Source: Prorocentrum cordatum (lineage: Eukaryota). From it: a stretch of 64,000 nucleotides of DNA. The stretch's first letter is position 1; each line of letters begins with the position of its first letter. The notes under the pieces were generated by a model that was not told where the DNA came from, ran no database searches, and was given only the letters and a program-made list of their open reading frames with translations. Below are positions 26,301-38,705 of the stretch, piece by piece. Position numbers and translations under genes: made by a program. Location: positions 1 through 64,000 of the forward strand of contig CAUYUJ010000229.1 of assembly GCA_963575745.1 (NCBI GenBank), written 5' to 3'.

Positions 26301-29300
26301 TGTCTTTGTGTCGATGTGTCTATGTGTCCGTGTGTCTGTATGTCTGTGTGTCTGTGTGTCTGTGTGTCTGTGTGTCTGTGTGTCTGTGTCTGTGTGTCTG
26401 TGTGTCTGTGTGTCCCTGTGTCTTTTGTTTCTGTATGGCCGTCTGTGTCTGGTGTCTGTGCTTCTGTCTGTGCGTGTTTGTCTGTGTGTCCGTGCGTCCG
26501 TGTGTCTGTGTGTCTGTGTGTCGGCGTGTCTATGTGCCCTGTGTTTCTGTGTGTCAGTGTGTCAGTGTGTCTGTGTCTCTGTGTGTCTGAGTGTCTGTGT
26601 GTCTGTGTGTCTATTTATCTGTGTGTCTGTGTGTGTGCCTGTCTGTCTGTGTGTCTTCAGTGTGACAGTGTGTCTGTGTGTCTGTGTGTCTGTGTGTCTG
26701 TGTGTCTGTATTTTTTTTGGGCGTCTGTGTGTCAGTGTGTCAGTGTGTTTGTGTATCTGTTTGTCTGTGTGTCTGTGTGTCTGTCTGTCTGTGTGTCTGT
26801 GTGCCTGTGTGCCTTTGTGCCTGCGTGTCTGTGTGTCCTTGTGTCTGCGTGTCTGTGTGTCTGTGTATTTGTGTGTCTGTATCTCTGTGTGTCTGTGTGT
26901 CTGCGTGTCTGTGTTTCTGTGTGTCTGTGTGTCTGTGTGTGTGTGTGTCTGTGTGTCTGTGCTTCCGTGTGTTTGTGTGTCTGTGTGTCTCTGTGTCTGT
27001 GTGTCTGTGTGCTTGTGTGTTCTGTCTTTCTGTCTTTCTGTCTTTCTGTGTGTCTGTGTGTCTGTGTGTCTGTGTGTCTGTGTGTCTGTGGGTCTGAATG
27101 TCCAAGTTTTTGCGTGTCTGTGTGTCTGTGTGTCGGTGTGTTTGTGTGTCTGTGTGTTTGTGTGTCTGTGTGTCCCTGTGCCTGTGTGTGTTTTTCTGTC
27201 TTTCTTTGTGTCCGTGTGTCTGTGTGTCTGTGTATCTGTATGTCTGGTTGCCTGTGTGTCTATGTGTCTGCGTGTCTGTGTGTCTGGGTGTTTGGGTGTC
27301 CGTCTGTCAGTGTGTCCGTGTGTCTGTGTGTCTGTGTTTCTGTGTATCCTTGTATTTGTGTGTCTGTATGTCTCTGTGTCTGTGTGTCTGCGTTTCTGTG
27401 GGTCCGTGTGTGTGTCCGTGTGTCTGTGTGTCAGCGTGTCCGTGTGCCCATGTGTCTGTGTGTCTGTGCGTCTGTGTGTCTGTGGGCCCGTGTGTGTGTC
27501 TGTGTGTCTGTGTGTCAGCGTGTCCGTGTAACCATGTGTCTGTGTGTCTGTGTGTCTGTGTGTATGTGTGTGTGTGTGTGTGTGTGTCTGTGTGTCTGAA
27601 TGTCTGTGAGTCTTGTGTGTTTTTGTGTGGGTGTGTCCGTGTGTCTGTGTGCTGGTGTCTGTGTGTTCGTGTGTCCGTGTGTCTGTGTGTTTGAGTGTCG
27701 GAGTGTTTGTGTGGCTGTGTTTCTGTGTGTCTGTGAGTTCGTGTGTCTGTGTGTATGTGTGTCTGTGTGTCTGTGTGTCTGTGTGTCTGTGTATCTGTCT
27801 GTCTGTGTGTCTCTGTGTCTGTTTGTCTGTGTGTCTGTACGTCCGTGTCTTTTGTGTCCGTGTGTCCGTGTGGTCGTGTCTGTGTGTTTGTATGTCTGTG
27901 TGTTTGTGTGTTCGTGTGTCTGTGTGTCTGAGTGTCTGCGTGTCTGGGTGTCTATGTGTCTGTGTGACTGGTTGTCTGTGTGTCTGTGCATCCTTGTGTC
28001 TGCGTGTCTTTGTGTGTGTGTCTGCGTGTCTGTGTGTCTGTCTGTTTGTGGATCTGTCTGTGAGTCTGTCTTTCTGTGCGTCTGTGTGTGTGTCTGTCTG
28101 TCTGTGCGCGTGAATTTGCGTGTGTGTGTGCGCGTGTGCGTGTGCGTGTCAGTGTGTGAGTGTGTGCGCGCGCGGCGCTGGCAGCCCCGCGCTGCCGCCC
28201 CCCCCCCCCCTTCCGGGCGCTCCGCGAGGGCGGAGTGGTTGGAGTGGAGGGAGGGCCGGCCCCAAAATGGGGCGGCGCCTCCCCCCTCCGGAGCGCTGGA
28301 AGGGGGTGTGGTGGGTGGGGGGGCTCTGTCTGCCTGTCTGTGTGTCTGTGTGTCTGTGTATCTGTGTGTCTGTGTTTTTGTGCGTCTGTGTGTCTGTGTG
28401 TCAGTGTGTCAGTGTGTCTGTGTGTCTGTGTTGTCTGTGTGTCTGTGTGTCTGTCTGTCTGGGTGTTTGTGTGTCTGTGTGCCTGTGTGCCTTTGTGCCT
28501 GCGTGTCTGTGTGTCCTTGTGCCTGCGTGTCTGTGTGTGGGTGTGTCTGCGTGGCCGCGTGTCTGTGTGTCTGCGTGTCTGTGTGTCCGTGTGTCTATGT
28601 GTCTGTGTGTCTGTGTGTCTGTGTGCTTGAGTGTCTGTGTGTCTGTGTGCTTGAGTGTCTGTGTGTTTGTGTGTCTGTGTATTTGTGTGTCTGTATGGCT
28701 GTGTGTCTGTGTGTCTCCGTGTCTGTGTTTCTGTGTGTCTGTTTGTCTGTGTGTCTGTGTGTCTGTGTGTCTATGTGTCCGTGTGTCTCTGTGTCTGTGT
28801 GTCTGTGGGTCTGTGGGTCTGTGTGTCTGTTTGTCCGTGTGTCTGTGTGTCTCTATGGCCGTATGTCTGTCTGTCTGTGTGAGAGTTTGTCCGTGTGTCT
28901 GTGTGTCCGTGTGTCTGCGTGTCTGTGTGTCTGTGTGTCTGTGGGTCTTTGTGTCTGTGTGTCTATGTGTGTCTGTCTGTCTGTCTGTATGTGCGTCTGT
29001 GTGTCTGTGTGTCTGTGTGTCTGTGTGTCTGTGTGTCTGTGTGTCTGTGAGTCAGTGTGTCTGTGTGTCTGTTTGTATGTTTGCCTGTGTTTCTGTCTGC
29101 GTGTCTTCCTGTAGGTCTGTGTGTTTGTGTGGCCGTGTCTGTGTGTCTATGTGTCTGTGAGTCTGTGTGTCTGTGTGTTTGTGTCTCTGTGTGTCTGCGT
29201 GTCTGTGTTTCTGCGTGTCAGTGTGTCAGTGTGTCATTGTGTCTGTGTCTCTGTGTGTCTGTGTGCCTGCGTGTCTGTGTGTCTGTGTGTCTGGGTGTCC

Positions 29301-32300
29301 CTGTTTCTGTGTGTCTGTGTGTCTGTGCGTCTGTGTGTCTGTGTGTCTGTTTCTTTTTTGCGTCTGTGTGTCTGTGTGTCAGTGTGTCAGTGTGTCGGTG
29401 TATTTGTTTGTGTGTGTCTGTATGTCTGTCTGTCTGTGTGCCTGTGTGCCTGTGTGCATTAATGCCTGCGTGTCTGTGTGTCCTTGTGTCTGTGTGTCTG
29501 TGTGCGTGTATGCGTGTGCCTGTGTGTCTGTGTGTTTGTGTTTCTGTGTGTCTGTGTGTCTGAGTGTCTGTGTGTCTGTGTGTCTGGTGCTGTGTGTGTC
29601 AGTGTGCTTGAGTGTCTGTGTGTCTGTGTGTCTTTGTATTTGTGTGTCTGTACGTCTGTGTGTCTGTGTGTCTGCGTGTCTGTGTGTCTGTGTGTCTGTG
29701 TGTCTGTGTGTCTGTGTGTCTGTGTGTCTGTGTGTCTTTGTGTCTGTGTGCCTGTGTGCCTGTGTTTCTGTCTTTCTGTCTTTTCCGTGTCTGTGTTTCT
29801 GTGTGTCTGTGTGTCTGTGTGTCTGTGAACCTGAGCGTCCGCTTGTCTGTGCGTCACTGTGTCTGGGTCTCTGTGTCTGTGTGTCTGTGTGTCTGTGTGT
29901 CTGTGTGTCTGTGTGTCTGTGTGTCCCTGTGCCTGTGTGTGTTTGTCTGCCTGTCTTTGTGCCCGTGTGTTTTTGTGTCTGTGTATCTGTATGTCTGTTT
30001 GCCTGTGTGTCTATGTGTCCGTGTGTCCGTGTGTCAGTGTGGCTGTGTGTTTGTGTTTCTGTGTGTCAGTGTGTCAATGTGTCAGTGTGTCAGTGTGTTT
30101 GTGTGTCTATGTGTCTGTGTGTCTGTGTGTCTTGGTGTCTGGGTGTCAGTCTGTCAGTGTGTCCGCGTGTCTGTGTGTCTGTGTGTCTGTGTGTCTGTGC
30201 ATCTGTGTGTCTGGTTGTTTCTGTGTCTGTGTGTCTGTGTGTTTGCGTGTCTGTGTGTCCGTGTGCGTGTCCGTGTGGTTGTGTGTCTGCGTGACCGCGT
30301 GTCCGTGTGTCTGTTTGTCTGTGTGTCTGTGTGTCTGTGTGTCTGTGTGTCTGTGTGTCTGTGTGTCTGTGTGTTTTTGTGTTGGTGTGTCTGTGTGTCT
30401 GTGTGTTGGTGTCTGTGTTCTGTGTGTCCGTGTGTCTGTGTGCCTGTGTGTCTGTGTGTTTGTGTGTCTGTGTGTCCGTGTGTCTGTGTGTATGTGTGTC
30501 TGTGTTTCTGTGTGTCTTTGTGTCTGTGTGTCTGTGTGTCTGTGTGTCTGTGTGTTTGGGTTTTGTGTGTCTGTATGTCCGTGTGTCTTTTGTGTCCGTG
30601 TGTCCGTGTCTGTGTTTCTGCATGGCTGTGTGTTTGTGTGTCCGCGTGTCTGTGTGTCTGAGTATCTGCGTGTCTGGATGTCTGTGTGTCTGTGTGACTG
30701 GTTGGCTGTGTGTCTGTGTATCCTTGTGTCTGCGTGTCTGCGTGTCCGTGTGTCTGCGTGTCCGTCTGTCTGTGTGTCTGTGTGTCTGTCTGCCTGTGGA
30801 TCTGTCTGTGTTGTCTTTCTGTGCGTCTGTGTGTGTGTGTGTCTGTCTGTCTGTCGGTCTGTCTGTCTGTCTGTCTGTCTGTCTGTGCGCGTGTATTTGC
30901 GTGTGTGTGTGTGCGTGCGTGTGTGTGTGTGTGTGTGTGTGTCAGTGTGTGTGTGTGTGTGTGTGTGTGCGTGCGCGCGCGGCGCTGGCAGCCCCGCGCT
31001 GGCCCCCCCCCCGCCTCTCCCTTTCTCGGGCGCTCCGCGAGGGCGGAGTGGTTGGTCCGTGGAGGGAGGGCCGGCCCCAAAATGGGGCGGTGCCTCCCCC
31101 CTCCGGAGCGCCGGAAGGGGGTGTGGTGGGTGGGTGGGGGGGCTCTGTCTGCCAGTCAGTGTGTCTGTGTGTCTATGTGTCTGTGTGTCTATGCTTCTGT
31201 GTGTCTGTGTGTCTGTGTTTTTGTGCGTATGTGTGTCAGTGTGTCAGTGTGTCAGTGTGTCTGTGTGTCTGTCTGTCCGGGTGTCTGTGTGTCTGTGTGC
31301 CTGTGTGCCTTTGTGCCTGCGTGTCTGTGTGTCCTTGTGTCTGCGTGTCTGTGTGTTGGTGTGTCTGCGTGTCTGCGTGTCTGTGTGTCTGCGTGTCTGT
31401 GTGTCCGTGTGTCTGTGTGTCTTTGTGTCTGTGTGTCTGTGAATCTGGTGCTCTGTGTGTCTGTGTGCTTGAGTGTCTGTGTGTCTGTGTGTCTGTGTAT
31501 TTGGGTGTCTGTATGTCTGTGTGTCTGTGTGTCTGCGTGTCTGTGTTTCTGTGTGTCTGTGTGTCTGTGTGTCTGTGTGTCTATGTGTCCGTGTGTCTGT
31601 GTGTCCGTGTGTGTGTGCCTGTGTGTCTGTGTCTGTGTGTCTGTGTGTCTGTGTGCCTGTGTCTGTGTGTCTGTGTGTCTGTGTGTCCGTGTGTTTGTGT
31701 CTGTATGGCCGTGTGTCTGTCTGTCTGTCTGTGTGTGTGTGTTGTCTGTGTGTCCGTGTGTCCGTGTGTCTGTGTGTCTGTGTTTATGTGTGTCTGTGGG
31801 TCTCTGTGTTTGTGTGTCTGTGTGTGTGTCTGTCTGTCTGTCTGTGTGTCTGTCTGTCTGTGTGTCTGTGTGTCTTTGTGTCTGTGTGTCTGTGTGTCTG
31901 GTTGCCTGTGTGTCTGTGTGTCCGTGTGTCTGTGTGTCTGTGTGTCTGTGTGTCTGTGTGTCTGTATGCCTGTGTGTCTGTGTGTCTGTGTGTCTGTCTG
32001 TCTGTCTGTCTGTCGGTGTGTCTGTATGTCTGATTGCCTGTGTGTCTGTGTGTCCGTGTGTCAGTGTGTCTGTGTGTCTGTGTTTCTGTGTGTCTGTGTG
32101 TCACTGTGTCAGAGTGCCAGTGTGTCTGTGTGTCTATGTCTGTTTATCCTTGTATTTGTGTGTCTGTATGTCTCTGTGTCTGTGTGTCTGCGTGTCTGTG
32201 GGTCCGTGTGTGTGTCTGTGTGTCTGTGTGTCAGCGTGTCCGTGTAACCATGTGTCTGTGTGTCTGTGTGTATGTGTCTCTGTGTGTCTGTGTGTCTGAA

Positions 32301-35300
32301 TGTCTGTGTGTCCTGTGTGTTTTTGTGTTGGTGTGTCTGTGTGTCTGTGTGTTGGTGTCTGTGTGTTCGTGTGTCCGTGTGTCTGTGTGTCTGAGTGTTT
32401 GTGTGTTTGTGTGTCCGTGTTTCTGTGTGTCTGTGAGTTCGCGTGTCTGTGTGTATGTGTGTCTGTGTGTCTTCGTGTCTGTGTGCCTGTGTGTCTGTGT
32501 GTCTGTGTGTCTCTGTGTCTGTTTGTCTGTGTGTCTGTATGCCCGTGTCTTTTGTGTCCTTGTGTCCGTGTGCTCGTGTCTGTGTGTTTGTATGTCTGTG
32601 TGTTTGTGTGTTCGTGTGTCTGTGTGTCTGAGTGTCTGCGTGTCTGGGTCTCTGTGTGTCTGTGTGACTGGTTGTCTGTGTGTCTGTGTATCCTTGTGTC
32701 TGCGTGTCTTTGTGTGTGTGTGTCTGCGTGTCTGTGTGTCTCTCTGTTTGTGGATCTGTCTGTGTGTCTGTCTTTCTGTGCGTCTGTGTGTGTGTGTGTG
32801 TCTGTCTGTCTGTTTGTGCGCGTGAATTTGCGTGTGTGTGTGTGCGCGTGCGTGTGTGCGTGTCAGTGTGTGAGTGTGTGCGCGCGCGGCGCTGGCAGCC
32901 CCGCGCTGCCGCCCCCCCCCCCCCCTTCCGGGCGCTCCGCGAGGGCGGAGTGGTTGGAGTGGAGGGAGGGCCGGCCCCAAAATGGGGCGGCGCCTCCCCC
33001 CTCCGGAGCGCTGGAAGGGGGTGTGGTGGGTGGGGGGGCTCTGTCTGCCTGTCTGTGTGTCTGTGTGTCTGTGTATCTGTGTGTCTGTGTTTTTGTGCGT
33101 CTGTGTGTCTGTGTGTCAGTGTGTCAGTGTGTCTGTGTATCTGTTTGTCTGTGTGTCTGTGTGTCTGTCTGTCTGGGTGTTTGTGTGTCTGTGTGCCTGT
33201 GTGCCTTTGTGCCTGCGTGTCTGTGTGTCCTTCGTAGCCGCGTGTCTGCGTGTCTGTGTGTCCGTGTGTCTATGTGTCTGTGTTTCTGTGTGTCTGTGTG
33301 CTTGAGTGTCTGTGTGTCTGTGTGCTTGAGTGTCTGTGTGTCTGTGTGTCTGTGTATTTGTGTGTCTGTATGGCTGTGTGTCTGTGTGTCTCCGTGTCTG
33401 TGTTTCTGTGTGTCTGTTTATCTGTGTGTCTGTGTGTCTGTGTGTCTATGTGTCCGTGTGTCTGTGTGTCTGTGTGTCTGTGTGTCTGTGTGTCTGTGTG
33501 TCTGTGTGTCTGTGTGTCTGTGTGCCTGTGTGTCCGTGTCTGTGTGTCTGTGTGTCTGTGTGTCCGTGTGTCTTTTGTGTCTGTATGGCCGTATGTCTGT
33601 CTGTCTGTGTGTGTGTGTGTGTCCGTGTGTCCGTGTGTCCGTGTGTCTGTGTGTCTGTGTGCTTGTGTATCTGTGGGTCTTTGTGTCTGTGTGTCTATGT
33701 CTGTCTGTCTGTCTGTCTGTCTGTATGTGTGTCTGTGTGTCTGTGTGTCTGTGTGTCTGTGTGTCTGTGTGTCTGTGAGTCAGTGTGTCTGTGTGTCTGT
33801 TTGTATGTGTGCCTGTGTTTCTGTCTGCGTGTCTTCCTGTGTGTCTGTGTGTTTGTGTTGCCTTGTCTGTGTGTCTGTGTGTCTGTGAGTCTGTGTGTCT
33901 GTGTGTTTGTGTCCCTGTGTGTCTGCGTGTCTTTGTTTCTGTGTGTCAGTGTGTCAGTGTGTCAAATGTGTCTGTGTCTCTGTGTGTCTGTGTGTCTGTG
34001 TGTCTGTGTGTCTGGGTGTCCCTATTTCTGTGTGTCTGTGTGTCTGTGTGTCTGTGTGTCTGTTTCTTTTTTTGCGTCTGTGTGTCTGTGTGTCAGTGTG
34101 TCAGTGTATCGGTGTATCCGTTTGTGTGTGTCTGTGTGTCTGTCTGTGTGTGTCTGTGTGCCTGTGTGCCTTTTTGCCTGCGTGTCGGTGTGTCCTTGTG
34201 TCTGTGTGTCTGTGTGCGTGTATGCGTGTGCCTGTGTGTCTGTGTGTCTGTGTTTCTGTGTGTCTGTGTGTCTGAGTGTCCGTGTGTCTGTGTGTCTGTG
34301 CATCTGTGTGTCAGTGTGCTTGAGTGTCTGTGTGTCTGTGTGTCTTTGAAATTGTGTGTCTTTATGTCTGTGTGTCTGTGTGTCTGCGTGTCTGTGTGTC
34401 TGTGTGTCTGTGTGTCTGTGTGTCAGTGTGTCAGTGTGTCTGTGTGTCTGTGTTCCTGTGTGCCTGTGTTTCTGTCTTTCTGTCTTTCTGTGTGTCTGTG
34501 TTTCTGTGTGTCTGTGTGTCTGTGTGTCTGAGTGTCCGCTTGTCTGTGCGTCTGTGTGTCTGTGGGTCTGTGGGTCTCTGTGTCTGTGTGTCTGTGTGTC
34601 TGTGTGTCAATGTGTCCCTGTTCCTCTGTGTGCGTGTTTGTTTGTCTGTCTTTGTGTCCGTGTGTTTTTGTGTCTGTGTATCTGTGTGTCTGGCGGCCTA
34701 TGTGTGCATGTGTCTGTGTGTCTGTGTGTCCGTGTGTCCGTGTGTCAGTGTGGCTGTGTTTCTGTGTGTCAGTGTGTCAGTGTGTCAGTGTGTCAGTGTG
34801 TCAGTGTGTCTGTGTGTCTATGTGTCTGTGTGTCTGTGTGTCTTGGTGTCTGGGTGTCAGTCTGTCAGTGTGTCCGCGTGTCTGTGTGTCTGTGTGTCTG
34901 TGTGTCTGTGCATCTGTGTGTCTGGTTGTTTCTGTGTCTGTGTGTCTGTGTGTTGCGTGTCTGTGTGTCCGTGTGTGTGTCCGTGTGGTTGTGTGTCTGC
35001 GTGACTGCGTGTCCGTGTGTCTGTGTGTCTGTGTGTCTGTGTGTCTGTGTGTCTGTGTGTCTGTGTGTCTGTGTGTCTGTGTGTCTGTGTGTTTTTGTGT
35101 TGGTGTGTCTGTGTGTCTGTGTGTTGGTGTCTGTGTTCCGTGTGTCCGTGTGTCTGTGTGCCTGTGTGTCTGTGTGTTTGTGTGTCTGTGTGTCCGTGTG
35201 TCTGTGTGTATGTGTGTCTGTGTTTCTGTGTGTCTGTGTGTCTGTGTGTCTGGGTTTGTGTGTCTGTATGTCCGTGTGTCATTTGTGTCCGTGTGTCCGT

Positions 35301-36623
35301 GTCTGTGTGTCTGCATGGCTGTGTGTTTGTGTGTCCGCGTGTTTGTGTGTCTGAGTTTTTGCGTGTCTGGATGTCTGTGTGTCTGTGTGACTGGTTGGCT
35401 GTGTGTCTGTGTATCCTTGTGTCTGCGTGTCTGTGTGTCCGTGTGTCTGCGTGTCTGTCTGTGTGTGTGTCTGTGTGTCTGTCTGCCTGTGGATCTGTCT
35501 GTGTTGTCTTTCTGTGCGTCTGTGTGTTTGTCTGTCTGTATGTGTGTCTGTGCGCGTGTATTTGCGTTTGTGTGTGTGTATGCGTGCGTGTGTGTGTGTC
35601 AGTGTGTGTGTGTGTGTGTGTGTGTGCGTGCGCGCGCGGCGCTGGCAGCCCCGTGCTGGCCCCCCCCCGCCCTTCCCCTTTCTCGGGTGCTCCGCGAGGG
35701 CGGAGTGGTTGGAGTGGAGGGAGGGCCGGCCCCAAAATGGGGCGGTGCCTCCCCCCTCCGGAGCGCCGGAAGGGGGTGTGGTGGGTGGGTGGGGGGGGGC
35801 TCTGTCTGCCAGTCAGTGTGTCTGTGTGTCTATGTATCTGTGTGTCTATGTGTCTGTGTGTCTGTGTGTCCGTGTTTTTGTGCGTCTGTGTGTCAGTGTG
35901 TCAGTGTGTCAGTGTGTCTGTGTATTTGTTTGTCTGTGTGTCTGTGTGTCTGTCTGTCTGGGTGTCTGTGTGTCTGTGTGCCTGTGTGCCTTTGTGCCTG
36001 CGTGTCTGTGTGTGCTTGTGTCTGCGTGTCTGTGTGTTGGTGTGTCTGCGTGTCTGCGTGTCTGTGTGTCTGAGTGTCTGTGTGTCGTGTGTCTGTGTGT
36101 CTGTGTGTCTGTGTGGCTGTGAATCTGGTGCTCTGTGTGTCTGTGTGCTTGAGTGTCTGTGTGCCTGTGTGTCTGTGTATTTGTTGTGTCGTCTGTATGT
36201 CTGTGTGTCTGTGTGTCTACGTGTCTGTGTTTCTGTGTGTCTGTGTGTCTGTGTGTCTGTGTCTATTGTCCGTGTGCTGTGTGTCTGTGTGTCTTTGTGT
36301 TTGGGTGTGTCTGTGTGTCTGGTGTCTTTGTCTCTGTGTGTTGTGTGTCTGTCTGTGCTGTGTGTGTGTGTGTGGGGTGTGTGTGTGTGTGTTGTGGCGT
36401 GTGTCCGTGTGTCTGTGTGTCTGTGTGTCTGTGTGTCTGTGGGTCTCTGTGTTTGTGTGTCTGTGTGTGTGTCTGTCTGTGTGTGTGTCTGTCTGTCTGT
36501 GTGTCTGTGTGTCTGTGTGTCTGTGTGTCTGTGTGTCTGTGTGTCTGGTTGCCTGTGTGTCTGTGTGTCCGTGTGTCTGTGTGTCTGTGTGTCTGTGTGT
36601 CTGTGTGTCTGTATGCCTGTGTG

Positions 36624-36662
<39 letters not shown>

Positions 36663-36708
36663 GTGTCTGCTGTCTGTGCGTGTGTGTGTGTCTGTCTGTC
36701 TGTCTGTC

Positions 36709-36755
<47 letters not shown>

Positions 36756-36785
36756 GTCTGTCTGTCTGGTCTGTCTGTCTGTCCG

Positions 36786-36843
<58 letters not shown>

Positions 36844-37331
36844 GCGCGTGTGTATGCGTGTGTGTGCGTGTGTGTGTCAGTGCGTGTGTGTGTGCGCGCG
36901 CGGCGCTCGCAACCCCGCGCCCCCCCTCCCCCTTCCTCCAGCGCCCCGCGAGGGCGGAGTGGTTTGAGTGGGGGGAGGGCCGGCCCCAAGATGGGGCGGT
37001 GCCTCCCCCCTCCGGAGCGCCGGGAGGAGGTCGGGGGGGGGTTCGTGCGTGTGTTTGTAAGTGTTCGTTCGTGTGACGTGGGTGTGGTTGTAAGTGTGTT
37101 CGTTTGTGCGTGTGTGTGTGTGTGCGTTTGCTTGTGTGACTGTCTCTGTTCTCAGTGCGTGTTTTCTGTGGGTGTTCGCGATTGCGTTCGTGTGTCTGGT
37201 GCGTGTGTGTGTGTGTCTGGTGCGTGTGTGTGTGTGTGTGCGCGTGTGCCTGTGTGTTCGTGCGTGTGTGTGTGTGCTTTTCCGTTTGCGTGTGTTTATG
37301 TTTGTATGAGTGGGTGCGCGTGTGTCTGGTA

Positions 37332-37369
<38 letters not shown>

Positions 37370-37960
37370 CGTCTGTGTGTGTACGTGGGTATGGGCGTGC
37401 GTGTGGGGTGCGCGCGCATGAATGGGCGCGCGTGGATGAGTGTGCGCGCGCGTGTGGATGTGTGTTTGTGTCTGTGCTCGTGTGATTCTGTGTGCGTGCG
37501 TGCGCGTGCGTGTGCGCGCGCGCGCCCTCGGTGGCGCCGTGGTCCGCGCGCCCCCCCCCCCTTCTCTCTCTCCCCTGCCTCGGGCGCACCGCGGGGGCGG
37601 AGTGGGTGGAGTGGGGGGAGGGCCGGTCCCAGAATGGCGCAGCGCCTCCCCCCTCCGGAGCGCCGGCGGAGAGGGCGGGGGGCGAGGCGCGCGTGGGCGG
37701 CTCGTGTGTAGGGGTGTGTGCGCCTGTTTGTATGTATGTATGTATGTATGTATGTATATATATATATATGATTATGTGTGAACGCGCGCGTGCGTGCGTG
37801 TCTGTGTGTGCGTGAGTGTGTATGTGTGTGTGTGTGTTCGCATGCTGTCCTACGCGTGGTTTCATGTTTCTCTGTATGTCTGTGTTTTTAGGTGTGTTGC
37901 GTGTCTGTTGTGTGTGTGTGCTCGTTTGTGCTCGTGTGTGCGTGTGCTTGTATGTGTGAA
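23219..37960 (+). repeat. ~14.7-kb TG-rich satellite ((TGTGTCTG)n with (TG)n and (GTCT)n tracts), organised in 1.3-3-kb units and a ~4.7-kb higher-order duplication
   Basis: Read directly. Shared rare variants recur ~4.7 kb apart (e.g. GTGTAACCATGTGTC at ~27526 and ~32242). Confidence 0.97.
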
Positions 37961-38705
37961 TGCATCTTCGCTACTCGGTTTCTCGACCTCGCGCCGAACA
38001 CTTTCAGGGTCGGATGGGGACATGGGAAATACCTTGTTTGAAATGTCTAAGAAGATCATATCTGAAGCTCTCTGCTTTTTTTCCGAGCACCTCTCGAGGG
38101 TGCGAGGAGCTCTACGAGGTCCCCGGCGGTAACCAGGTTGACGGTTTACCGCCGGCGCCAGTTCCGGCGCGGGGTGCAGCTAGTTGGCCAACCCGGCCCG
38201 GGCGGACAATGTGGTGACCTGGGGTCGGTTTTTCGAAGATGGCGAGAGATTTTGAAATTTGTTTTGCAAATTAGAACTTTTATTCTATGCAGTGAATCAT
38301 GGCGCTTTCAATGGTGTAATCCTTAGGGTTCTAGCTACATTATATCTATGAAAAGACTGCGGGGAATCAGTATTCTGTACAACCGACAATAAGTATTTTT
38401 GAAGCTGGTATTGAGAAGCGTTTTTCTGTTGTTATCTCGGATCTCACTTGTCTGTTCAGAGCTCTACGAGGGTCCCGGCGGTAACATGGTTGACGGTTTA
38501 CCGCCGATCCCAGTTTTGGACGCTTACAAGTTCTCCCGTGTGTTCTCTTTGCTCTCCGGGTTTTGGACGCTACCAGTAAACATTCCCGGAGAGCTCGCTG
38601 AGAGCTAAAGGGTTTAAGATTAGAAACCGAACAGTGGTGGTGCCCGCCAGGAGCTCTTTTCCATCGCTCCACAGGCCTCGCAGCGCCTCCGGTTACCGAA
38701 ACGTG

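Noticed and set aside
23012..37865. Dozens of Cys/Val-rich and Thr/His/Gln-rich ORFs up to 822 aa
   Set aside because: Artefacts of the stop-poor TG satellite.
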